This document shows positions 26,750 to 33,934 of a stretch of DNA of 39,500 bases, in pieces. Both the position numbers and the translations under genes were made by a program. The DNA comes from a virus. Every line of letters starts with the position of its first letter. The first letter of the stretch is position 1. The notes under the pieces are model-generated. The model did no database searches. It was given only the letters and a program-made list of their open reading frames with translations, and was not told the origin of the DNA. The stretch lies in IMG/VR virus record IMGVR_UViG_3300032257_000044, positions 1 to 39,500 of that record, one strand, 5' to 3'.

Positions 26750-26838
26750 CCCCAAAACACTCTAAAAGACTCAACAACCTCATATACAGCTAAGGATATA
26801 AGGGCTATTGCTATGAACCAGGCTATTAATGTTTTCAT
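26746..26838 (-). CDS. 30-aa single-TM micro-protein (MKTLIAWFIAIALISLAVYEVVESFRVFWG)
   Basis: My translation. An ATGA overlap with the upstream stop and a GTGA overlap with the downstream start fill the gap exactly. Confidence 0.3.
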   Translation of the reverse strand: MKTLIAWFIAIALISLAVYEVVESFRVFWG

Positions 26839-27071
26839 GGTATATCCATCCATGCCTGAACTTTGTTTGTGTAGTAATTGCCAAAATTAGAGATATATTT
26901 ATCTTCTGAATATGCGCCAGGCTCATACATTGAGCATAAAGGCGTAAATTCTCCTGCCTCTCTATGCTGTTTACTTGCAAAGACTCCTAAACAATACCTA
27001 AACTCTTCTACTGTATAGTCTTTAAGATCACCAAAAACACCTCTAACTCTTATCCTGTCTCCCGCCTTCAT
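26835..27071 (-). CDS. Hypothetical protein (78 aa)
   Basis: Track ORF. Chosen over the overlapping ORF 26780..26980 because of start/stop coupling with its neighbours. Confidence 0.5.
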   Translation of the reverse strand: MKAGDRIRVRGVFGDLKDYTVEEFRYCLGVFASKQHREAGEFTPLCSMYEPGAYSEDKYISNFGNYYTNKVQAWMDIP

Positions 27072-27217
27072 TCTTCATCCTCCTTATAGCTGTCTCTCTC
27101 TTCTGCCTCTCTATCAGTCCTTTCTTCATACTCTTCTTCTGTTTCCTCTTCATCAGGTACATCAGAATCACGGTTAATAGAGTTATAAGATGTTGAAAAA
27201 TAATTTCTGTTATCCAT
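27068..27217 (-). CDS. 49-aa extremely acidic protein
   Basis: My translation, MDNRNYFSTSYNSINRDSDVPDEEETEEEYEERTDREAEERDSYKEDEE. Its stop overlaps the next ATG. Confidence 0.4.
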   Translation of the reverse strand: MDNRNYFSTSYNSINRDSDVPDEEETEEEYEERTDREAEERDSYKEDEE

Positions 27218-27219
27218 TT

Positions 27220-27735
27220 TTAGCCCTCGCCATGATTTTTGTAGTATCCATGCTCATATTCAGCCATTTTTCTACAAATAACAGCGTCATTTAAGCTTTC
27301 AAAACACCCTAAGTGCTTATTATTTCCACGTATAGAAATACGTGGAATCCATTTATTATTTAATTTATTCCAATGGACGCCCGTGAACCCTGATTTATTA
27401 TCAGACCTCATTGTCCCATTTATCCTGTTTTCTTTTTGGGTAACCTCCCTTAAATTATCAAGCCTGTTATCTGCTCGATTATGATTTTTATGGTCAATTT
27501 GTGCTTCTGGAAACAGACCGTACATATAAAGCCATACCAGCCTATGAGAATAATATAGCTTTTTATTAATTCTAATTACTTTATAGCCGAGTACATTAAC
27601 GGTACCAATTGCATCACCAATTTTTGAGCCGCTACCTTTAGAAAGTTTTTTCCTAATAAAATCTCCTGAAAATTCGTTATACTCAAAATATTCCTTTAAT
27701 TCTGATTGAGTAACCATCTTTATATAGTTGCTCAT
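27220..27735 (-). CDS. HNH homing endonuclease with an AP2-type DNA-binding domain
   Basis: QIDHKNHNRADNRLDNLREVTQKEN is the HNH motif. GFTGVHWNKLNNKWIPRISIRGNNKHLGCFESLNDAV is AP2-like. Confidence 0.75.
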   Translation of the reverse strand: MSNYIKMVTQSELKEYFEYNEFSGDFIRKKLSKGSGSKIGDAIGTVNVLGYKVIRINKKLYYSHRLVWLYMYGLFPEAQIDHKNHNRADNRLDNLREVTQKENRINGTMRSDNKSGFTGVHWNKLNNKWIPRISIRGNNKHLGCFESLNDAVICRKMAEYEHGYYKNHGEG

Positions 27736-27884
27736 TTAATCACCTCATAACTTCCGTTACATTGATCTACTGTTACAGTTACTTTCGGTTCTTCTTGAAC
27801 ACAAGTTGCAAGCAATAAACAAAATAACATCACTGCTATCCAGCCCAAATTATTATCAATAGAATCTGCGTATTTATCTTTCAT
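27732..27884 (-). CDS. 50-aa membrane / lipoprotein-like micro-protein
   Basis: My translation, MKDKYADSIDNNLGWIAVMLFCLLLATCVQEEPKVTVTVDQCNGSYEVIK. ATGA overlaps at both ends. LLATC is only an imperfect lipobox. Confidence 0.35.
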   Translation of the reverse strand: MKDKYADSIDNNLGWIAVMLFCLLLATCVQEEPKVTVTVDQCNGSYEVIK

Positions 27885-28099
27885 TTAATCACCCATTCAT
27901 TTTTATTAATATGGTTAGATTCATACTGCCTGGCCATTCTTAAAAAGCCCGTATCGTCTCTAAACTGGAATACTGCGCCAGTTGAGTCTATTGCCTTCAT
28001 GTGGACCTCAGCTTTGTATTCTTTACCCTTGGTAATGTCTAAACCATCAGATTTAGGTATAACGGTTATTCTTTGTCCTATTTCCATAGCGTTCTCCAA
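27881..28099 (-). CDS. Hypothetical protein (72 aa)
   Basis: Track ORF with GGAGAA upstream. Confidence 0.55.
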   Translation of the reverse strand: MENAMEIGQRITVIPKSDGLDITKGKEYKAEVHMKAIDSTGAVFQFRDDTGFLRMARQYESNHINKNEWVIK

Positions 28100-28149
28100 T
28101 TAACTTAGGCTAATTTTAATGAAGTTAATCAGATATATCTAATGAGTTG

Positions 28150-28176
28150 TTTTTATAGGGTATAAGGAGAATTGAT
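28150..28176 (+). repeat. 27-bp direct repeat, left copy (contains motif copy c, TTTTATaGGGTATAAGG)
   Basis: TTTTTATAGGGTATAAGGAGAATTGAT. 24 of 27 positions are identical to 28983-29009. It ends on the stop codon of 28176..28919. Confidence 0.85.
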
Positions 28177-28919
28177 CACCCGTCATAGCATCCGCACGCT
28201 ATTTCAATATTATTATATTGGTCATCAAACATGTCATCAGTCGCTAATAATGCTTTCCATGAAAAACTACGCCCTAACCCTTTAATGCTTGTCAGTTCCG
28301 CATTTTCTTCCATCGATATTGCTCTTTTTGCTAATTCTGGGTATTGAATCTTTAGATTTCTAACTTCATGCGGCTTAGATGACGGGCAAAAGTAACAAGC
28401 TGATTTTCCAGGCTGAGAAAGATTGGCTTCTTTTATTATTTCTATACACATATCTCTATCAATAGCCCATTCAATCAATGGAAATCTATTAATATAATGC
28501 TCATTAGGCGACTCTTTAGCGCGTCTATCCTCGCTTGCGTCATAACCTATAAACTTAATGATCTCTTTTTTATCCCATGCCTCTACATAATTAACTTTCA
28601 AATACTTATCAACTGGCTCTATTTTGAATTGAACAGAACAGGACTTAAATCCATAGGCTATTGAGGGCAAAGTTTTGTTTTTAAGACATAGAGCCTCTAA
28701 CCCATCTACCTTGCTAGGTGCTTCATTTTTAATAATAGTTACTTCAGGCATTCCGTTATTAATAAGCCATTTACTAAATAATTTAATATATTCGTATGTA
28801 TGCGGCTTTTCTGCTCCAGTATCGGCAAATAAAATCAAATCAACTGTAATATTTCTGTTAACGCATTCAATCAGCATTGCTGTTGAGTCTGTACCGCCAC
28901 CATATGCGATTATATTCAT
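28176..28919 (-). CDS. PAPS-reductase-family / N-type ATP-pyrophosphatase-like protein
   Basis: The N-terminus IIAYGGGTDSTAML is an SGGxDS-type PP-loop. A C-terminal KSACYFCP motif and the overall pattern match the phage 'phosphoadenosine phosphosulfate reductase family' proteins I recall. Confidence 0.6.
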   Translation of the reverse strand: MNIIAYGGGTDSTAMLIECVNRNITVDLILFADTGAEKPHTYEYIKLFSKWLINNGMPEVTIIKNEAPSKVDGLEALCLKNKTLPSIAYGFKSCSVQFKIEPVDKYLKVNYVEAWDKKEIIKFIGYDASEDRRAKESPNEHYINRFPLIEWAIDRDMCIEIIKEANLSQPGKSACYFCPSSKPHEVRNLKIQYPELAKRAISMEENAELTSIKGLGRSFSWKALLATDDMFDDQYNNIEIACGCYDG

Positions 28920-28949
28920 AATAAAACCCCTAGTTATAGAGATTATATC

Positions 28950-28962
28950 TTAATGGTATAAG
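28950..28962 (+). promoter_or_regulatory. Intergenic motif copy e (TTAATGGTATAAG), an extended -10-like TGnTATAA
   Basis: Read directly in the divergent gap 28920-29014. On the opposite strand a perfect TATAAT (28948-28943) lies 22 nt upstream of ATG 28919. Confidence 0.4.
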
Positions 28963-28982
28963 TTATTTTATGAAGTAGATTA

Positions 28983-29009
28983 TTTTTATGGGCTATAAAG
29001 AGAATTGAT
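28983..29009 (+). repeat. 27-bp direct repeat, right copy (contains motif copy d, TTTTATGGGCTATAAAG)
   Basis: TTTTTATGGGCTATAAAGAGAATTGAT. See the left copy. Confidence 0.85.
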
Positions 29010-29062
29010 TATCAATGCAGCGAGAGAGTTATATAATTGTAGTTAACTATAGGAGAAATAGA

Positions 29063-29335
29063 ATGTGCAACTGTAAATCAATGTGCTGGATACCTGATCA
29101 AATAACAGATAATGGTCGCTGGCCTATTCCAGTGCATCATCCTAGTTGTGAAGACTTTAAGCAAAACAGATACATAAGACTATATGACGATGAAGGCAAT
29201 AGTTTTATTGATTTTCCTGAAAAGATGTATGTGTTTATGTCTAGCATGGAATTTAAAGAAGGAAACTTTAAGCAGGAAGATGTTTATTTAACAACAGATC
29301 AATTCAATAATCTTGACGAGCATACTGGATTTTAA
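29063..29335 (+). CDS. Cys/His-rich hypothetical protein (90 aa)
   Basis: The track ORF starts at 29015. ATG 29063 (MCNCKSMCW...) has a strong AGGAGAAATAGA upstream and lies about 62 nt after motif copy d. Confidence 0.55.
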   Translation: MCNCKSMCWIPDQITDNGRWPIPVHHPSCEDFKQNRYIRLYDDEGNSFIDFPEKMYVFMSSMEFKEGNFKQEDVYLTTDQFNNLDEHTGF

Positions 29336-29640
29336 AACATAAGCGAGCCTTGATTGACTCGCCCATGCAAGTAGCATATTTCTATACACCTATTTAGCTA
29401 GGTTAAGTATAGCACTATACGCCTTATTTGACATTTATAATTATAGCACATAAAAAAGGATTGAACATTTCTGAACAATCCCTTATTATTTATATTATCT
29501 GTAACGCATTGGTAGTGCTTGCAGAGAATCAGTAACCTAACTACGGACTCTTGCTTCAACAGATTTCCCCGTATTTTACATTACTTGTTCTCTCTAAGTC
29601 TACAGCGTTGCCTAATTTTAATTAATTTGGAGATATTACT

Positions 29641-29868
29641 GTGAAACTAGTAGATCAGAATTTTATCATTGCTAAAGCCAAGTCTAAAAAGGATGGTTGC
29701 TACAGAATAAGAGGAATCGCATATCGGGTTAGGAATGGTTGCGTGACTCACTTCGCCTGTAATAATGAAATTATAGAGTTTTGCTATGGGTTTAATGTTG
29801 TCACCGATACTTATGATAGTGACTATGCCAGTGATGAAGTGGGCCAGAAGTTACTTAGAACTATTTAG
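29641..29868 (+). CDS. Hypothetical protein (75 aa, GTG start)
   Basis: Track ORF. GGAGAT lies 8 nt upstream of the GTG. Isolated, with >300-nt non-coding flanks on both sides. Confidence 0.45.
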   Translation: MKLVDQNFIIAKAKSKKDGCYRIRGIAYRVRNGCVTHFACNNEIIEFCYGFNVVTDTYDSDYASDEVGQKLLRTI

Positions 29869-30150
29869 TCTATAAGGTGGCACGAGGATAACAGCAGCAC
29901 CACCAGGATAAAAATGCGTGATTAGAACAAATTTTTAGTTTGTACCTGTTTAGTAGGCGCAGGAATAGTATTTGAAACACTCGTTAGCGGACATGGTTAG
30001 GGGCTTCAGTCAGCATCCAAGGATTGGTAAAGGCTTGAGTGATAAGTACAGACTAATAGACATAACAGGCAATGAATGCTTGATATTGAACTAGGTGTCC
30101 AAAGGCCTACTTAATGTCAGCTATTGTCTAAATAAAGGATATAAGCTCAC

Positions 30151-30166
30151 TTAATAGGGTATAAGA
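30151..30166 (+). promoter_or_regulatory. Intergenic motif copy f (TTAATaGGGTATAAGA); promoter candidate for the 30230-> gene train
   Basis: 63 nt upstream of ATG 30230. Confidence 0.45.
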
Positions 30167-30229
30167 ACAAGTGATTAGACAGGTGTATTGATAGGTTTAG
30201 AATAGTGGTTAAATTAATTGGAGAATATT

Positions 30230-30310
30230 ATGGGTTGGCCTGAAGCGTTAGTTTATTCATTGATTATATTGGTAGTTGGATGGGTTCTTACTGCTTTGCT
30301 TAAATACTAA
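30230..30310 (+). CDS. 26-aa single-TM micro-protein (MGWPEALVYSLIILVVGWVLTALLKY)
   Basis: My translation. GGAGAA lies 7 nt upstream. Confidence 0.35.
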   Translation: MGWPEALVYSLIILVVGWVLTALLKY

Positions 30311-30327
30311 TAGTTTATTGGTGAGGA

Positions 30328-30666
30328 ATGGTTATGTATAGCGATGTTGAGTGTCCGTATTGCGGTGAAGGACAAGAAATTAATCATGATGATGGTTATG
30401 GGTATGAAGAAGATAGAATACACCAGCAATGCTGTAGTAGCTGTGACAAAGAATTCGCTTTTACTACTTCAATATCATTTTCATATGATGCTAAAAAAGC
30501 TGATTGCATGAATGGTGGGCCGCATAATTTCAAGCCTTCATGCACAGCCCCAAAACATCATACAAGAATGTATTGCGCTGATTGTGATGAAGAAAGGCAA
30601 TTAACGGAATTAGAGTGGCTTAATTTTATGAAGCCGATGGAAACTATAAGTGGTTATTACTACTAA
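30328..30666 (+). CDS. Cys-rich zinc-finger-type hypothetical protein (112 aa)
   Basis: Track ORF. CPYCG...CCSSCDK...CADCDE pairs of cysteines. Confidence 0.55.
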   Translation: MVMYSDVECPYCGEGQEINHDDGYGYEEDRIHQQCCSSCDKEFAFTTSISFSYDAKKADCMNGGPHNFKPSCTAPKHHTRMYCADCDEERQLTELEWLNFMKPMETISGYYY

Positions 30667-30688
30667 CCCACAACCAGAGGAGTAGAGA

Positions 30689-30877
30689 ATGGAAGTAGAG
30701 GATGTTGTATTAAAACAGTATAAGCTAAGTATTTATATTGACCTGTTTGCATCTGTTTTATTGGCTATTTTTGCAAGCCCTTTATTTTTGCTTTATCCAT
30801 TAATTAGTATTGCGAAATACAGAGATATGAAAAGAGCTATAAGAAAGATCGGGTTAACCCCATTAACCGGACAATAG
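30689..30877 (+). CDS. Small membrane protein (62 aa)
   Basis: Track ORF. Hydrophobic core, IYIDLFASVLLAIFASPLFLLYPLISI. Confidence 0.5.
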   Translation: MEVEDVVLKQYKLSIYIDLFASVLLAIFASPLFLLYPLISIAKYRDMKRAIRKIGLTPLTGQ

Positions 30878-30878
30878 A

Positions 30879-31058
30879 ATGAAGATAAGCGATTATGATA
30901 GATGGTTTAAACCTTGTGAAAAATGCGGATTTGATTCTGCAAAGGTTAGCGATAAATCTCCGAGCAAGTGCTGGAAGTGTGGAAATAAACTAACAAGAGA
31001 TTTCAGTGATAGGGCGCTAAAACCAATCAAAGACTGTTTAACAATAGAGGATAAGTGA
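30879..31058 (+). CDS. 59-aa zinc-ribbon-type protein
   Basis: My translation, MKISDYDRWFKPCEKCGFDS...KCWKCGNKL... It starts 1 nt after the previous stop. Confidence 0.4.
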   Translation: MKISDYDRWFKPCEKCGFDSAKVSDKSPSKCWKCGNKLTRDFSDRALKPIKDCLTIEDK

Positions 31059-31095
31059 TGGATTTACTTTCAACGATTATTTACGAGGTGTGGGT

Positions 31096-31359
31096 ATGAA
31101 GCTAGGGCAAAAGGTAATGTTGATAGTTGTTTTTAATTTTGATTCATCATGGGGTGCTCATATTGTGCCACCTATTGGCACTATAGGCGAAATCTCCAAA
31201 GAAATAGATGAATACGACGAATACGATGTTTTGTTTGAGGATTTTCCTCACCCTGCTATTAATGACCCTGCATGGATAGTCCATAAAACTGAAATCATAC
31301 CTATATACGATGATGGTATTTTAAACGAAGAAAAAGAAAGCGATATTTTATTCGCATGA
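31096..31359 (+). CDS. Hypothetical acidic protein (87 aa)
   Basis: The track ORF begins at GTG 31090. ATG 31096 is equally possible. Confidence 0.5.
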   Translation: MKLGQKVMLIVVFNFDSSWGAHIVPPIGTIGEISKEIDEYDEYDVLFEDFPHPAINDPAWIVHKTEIIPIYDDGILNEEKESDILFA

Positions 31360-31378
31360 TAACCAACGGACAAACCCA

Positions 31379-31576
31379 ATGAATAAAATAGAGGCATTAA
31401 AGGCGCTACAGTATGGTAAAAAACTTACACATCACTGGTTTTCACCTAATGAATGGGTAATTGAAGATCAAGGAAAGTATATATTTGAAGATGGATGCCA
31501 GTGTCATGATTTTGAATTTTGGGCTGACCGAACAGATGAAAGCTGGAATAGAGGCTGGAGTATTTTCAATGAATAA
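31379..31576 (+). CDS. DUF2829-like small protein (the family that includes the Thoeris anti-defence protein Tad2); tentative
   Basis: 65 aa. The N-terminus IEALKALQYGKKLTHHWFSPNEWV fits the 'ALxALKxGKKxxRxxW' signature I associate with DUF2829. The C-terminus has ...W..GWSI. Confidence 0.35.
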   Translation: MNKIEALKALQYGKKLTHHWFSPNEWVIEDQGKYIFEDGCQCHDFEFWADRTDESWNRGWSIFNE

Positions 31577-31934
31577 CATGACAGATGAAGAAGCGAGGGA
31601 ATTTAATTTAGCTTGTGCTGAGTTTGTATGGCCAGAAGCACAAAATATATGGATTAGTGAGCCAGACGAAGTAAAAGCTCATATTATTTTAAAACAAGAT
31701 AATTATGAGCTTGGAAATAGCTCAACTTATTTCAACCCAGCACATGACAGCAACGACCTTGATCTGGTGATTGAGAAGATGAAAATTGCGGTCGAGTATG
31801 ACAGGGATGAAGTATGGGATGCTTACCAGCTGGACTACTATTCTGACAAAGAGATAAAATATTTCACATCCAACAAACACAGACGCACAGCCATTATCAA
31901 ATGTATTCAACAGGTATTGAGGGGTGAGGTATGA
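31569..31934 (+). CDS. Hypothetical protein (122 aa), possibly phage ABA-sandwich-domain-like
   Basis: The track ORF 31461..31934 overlaps the previous gene by 116 nt. In-frame ATG 31569 (MNNMTDEEA...) overlaps by only 8 nt. NPAHDSNDLDLVIEKM recalls the ABA-sandwich motif. A weak call. Confidence 0.4.
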   Translation: MNNMTDEEAREFNLACAEFVWPEAQNIWISEPDEVKAHIILKQDNYELGNSSTYFNPAHDSNDLDLVIEKMKIAVEYDRDEVWDAYQLDYYSDKEIKYFTSNKHRRTAIIKCIQQVLRGEV

Positions 31935-32332
31935 AGTGGATAAGTGTTAAGGATGAATTACCTAAACATGGTAAAAAAGTTATTGCTACTTACCGTAACA
32001 GTCACAATAAATCACGACAAATAATGGCAGAGAGGTTCGATAAATTCAAGGAAGAGTCAAACGGTGAAGAGGATCAATATGACGAGTATGACGAAAAGAC
32101 AGATGCTTATTATATTGTAAGTGGATGGTATGAGTGTATTGAGAATTGGGATGATTTTACAAGTGTAAGAGTTAACGAAGGTGAGATAACACGCTGGATG
32201 CCATTACCTGAACCACCAACCTGCAAAACCTGCGGCTACAGAAATAAGCTTAATTTGAACTGCACATTAAACCAGTTAAGTAAAAAGGTTGATGATAATG
32301 ACAGTTGTGAATCATGGGAGAGTAGGAAGTGA
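31931..32332 (+). CDS. DUF551-like protein
   Basis: MKWISVKDELPKHGKKVIA......ITRWMPLPEPP is the typical DUF551 N- and C-terminal signature. Confidence 0.5.
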   Translation: MKWISVKDELPKHGKKVIATYRNSHNKSRQIMAERFDKFKEESNGEEDQYDEYDEKTDAYYIVSGWYECIENWDDFTSVRVNEGEITRWMPLPEPPTCKTCGYRNKLNLNCTLNQLSKKVDDNDSCESWESRK

Positions 32333-32556
32333 ATAAAACAAAGATAACGGTTAAGACTGAGCTTGAAATTATACTGCCAACTGTGCCTAATTTTGTGCGT
32401 ATGGCAAATAAAGACGTGGTAATGCCCATATCTAAATTAACCCGCGAACAAATAAAAGAGCTTGGTGAGTGCTGGACTCAAGCACTGCTTGATAAATCTG
32501 CCAAGAAAAAAGGCGACGAAATTAGAGCGATAAATAAAAAACTCGGTAATTTGTAA
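32329..32556 (+). CDS. Hypothetical protein (75 aa, GTG start)
   Basis: Track ORF. GTGA overlap with the previous stop. Confidence 0.5.
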   Translation: MNKTKITVKTELEIILPTVPNFVRMANKDVVMPISKLTREQIKELGECWTQALLDKSAKKKGDEIRAINKKLGNL

Positions 32557-32565
32557 GGAATCAAA

Positions 32566-32970
32566 ATGACAGACAGTAAAGATATGCCAGAGGTTATATA
32601 TGCAGAGTGGAGAAATTCAGCAAATAGAGAATTAACTTTGTTTATTGATGAGCGTGACCCATTGCTAAATATACGCGCTAAATACCTCTTAGCTGATACC
32701 AGCATAAGCAAGGAAGAGCACGTAAAGCAAATGAATGATTGCTTCATGCTCATAGATAACGCAAATGTGAAATGGAGCGATGCACAAGATAATTACAATG
32801 ACAAGCTTGACGAATTAGAAGCCAAACACAAAGCCCAGTTAGTGGAGTTAGAGAATAAGATTGATAAAAAGCTATTTTCAATGATAGGCGGGTACGAGTC
32901 TACAAGTGATAAAGTTTCGGCGCATGATCTTATGGATTATCTCCGCGAAACCTTCAAGGAGGTTGTATGA
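32566..32970 (+). CDS. Hypothetical coiled-coil protein (134 aa)
   Basis: Track ORF. Contains DKLDELEAKHKAQLVELENKIDKK. Confidence 0.55.
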   Translation: MTDSKDMPEVIYAEWRNSANRELTLFIDERDPLLNIRAKYLLADTSISKEEHVKQMNDCFMLIDNANVKWSDAQDNYNDKLDELEAKHKAQLVELENKIDKKLFSMIGGYESTSDKVSAHDLMDYLRETFKEVV

Positions 32971-33095
32971 GTTGTCATTATTATTGTGATTGGAATTGTG
33001 GTGGCACAGATTGCCCAGCACCTGAATACTATGCGGAGCTTGATAAATTTAGTGAAGCTATTACCTTAATTAAACTACAACCATTTTATAGGTAA
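32967..33095 (+). CDS. 42-aa Cys-rich micro-protein
   Basis: My translation, MSCHYYCDWNCGGTDCPAPEYYAELDKFSEAITLIKLQPFYR. AAGGAGG upstream, and an ATGA overlap. Confidence 0.35.
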   Translation: MSCHYYCDWNCGGTDCPAPEYYAELDKFSEAITLIKLQPFYR

Positions 33096-33105
33096 AGGAG
33101 GTTGT

Positions 33106-33375
33106 ATGAGTGAGAAGACAATATTCGACAGGTTATCTGAATATATTGATTATGCTGAAGCCACTAAAAACTTTTCTGATGCTGCATTCTATAAAGAGCT
33201 TTACATGTTGTTAGGTAACTCTATTCAAGAAGCCGAACACCAACAAAAGCAGCTTGAGTTGCTGGATAATGTTTGGAATGATTTTTGTTCTGCACCTAAT
33301 TTACATGACAACCCAATGTTTTCATTACAAGAGATTATTAGTAATTTAAAACAGCGTATAGGTGAACAGCCATGA
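33106..33375 (+). CDS. Hypothetical protein (89 aa)
   Basis: Track ORF. AAGGAGGTTGTATGAG upstream, the same RBS/start string as at 32955-32971. Confidence 0.55.
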   Translation: MSEKTIFDRLSEYIDYAEATKNFSDAAFYKELYMLLGNSIQEAEHQQKQLELLDNVWNDFCSAPNLHDNPMFSLQEIISNLKQRIGEQP

Positions 33376-33584
33376 GAAAGTACAGAATAGTTGACGGACT
33401 GATTCACAAAGAAGACTTGGTTATCGGAACCCATATGGCCTGCAACATGTTAAATGAATTTGAATCAGACAAAGAGGCTTTGATTCAGGAAATGAATAAT
33501 CTTGATTTACTCTTGCCAGGTGACGGCTTTGAGGTTTACGTTAAATTAAGTGATGTTGAAAAGATTATTAGAGGTGTGAAGTGA
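33372..33584 (+). CDS. Hypothetical protein (70 aa)
   Basis: Track ORF, ATGA overlap. Confidence 0.5.
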   Translation: MRKYRIVDGLIHKEDLVIGTHMACNMLNEFESDKEALIQEMNNLDLLLPGDGFEVYVKLSDVEKIIRGVK

Positions 33585-33934
33585 TGATTAAAGAAAAGGA
33601 TATTTTGGAAGCATGGTCATTTTTAAGAAGACATAATCACTCGTTACCTGATGAACTACTTGATTTTATCAAAGAGTCGTCACTTAAGGTATTGGCAAAT
33701 GAAGCTGAACTAGACCAGCGAATAGCGAAAGCAGTTGAACAGGCTTGTAGAGAGCAGCGTGAAGGATTAAAAGCTGTGAGAGATTTAATTAATGAAAGTT
33801 ATGGAGTAGCCGGATTGCATCAAAACAGCGATATTGCTCCGTGGTCAGAGTTAGAGGCAGGGGGCAGATTTGAAGAGTGGTTACTAGCATTCAACGAAGC
33901 AGAGTCTTTATCAGCTAGCAGCGAGGGGGAGTGA
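33581..33934 (+). CDS. Hypothetical protein (117 aa)
   Basis: Track ORF. Starts at GTG 33581 or ATG 33584. Confidence 0.55.
   Translation: MMIKEKDILEAWSFLRRHNHSLPDELLDFIKESSLKVLANEAELDQRIAKAVEQACREQREGLKAVRDLINESYGVAGLHQNSDIAPWSELEAGGRFEEWLLAFNEAESLSASSEGE

Noticed and set aside
22815-28953. Opposite-strand or alternative-frame ORFs in the early blocks (22815-23078, 24133-24333, 24267-24515, 24733-24942, 24926-25132, 26426-26890, 26780-26980, 28675-28953)
   Set aside because: Each overlaps a better-supported gene that has start/stop coupling with its neighbours or a recognisable family motif (YopX, PAPS reductase, MTase-like).
31461-31568. N-terminal 36 codons of track ORF 31461-31934
   Set aside because: They overlap the complete DUF2829-like gene in another frame. 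In-frame ATG 31569 gives a compact 8-nt overlap typical of this gene train.
33084-33101. A ninth copy of the GGGTATAA motif (TTTTATAGGTAAAGGAGG)
   Set aside because: It lacks the GGGTATAA core (two deletions relative to copy c) and lies at the 3' end of a coding micro-ORF. It more probably just provides the strong RBS of 33106.
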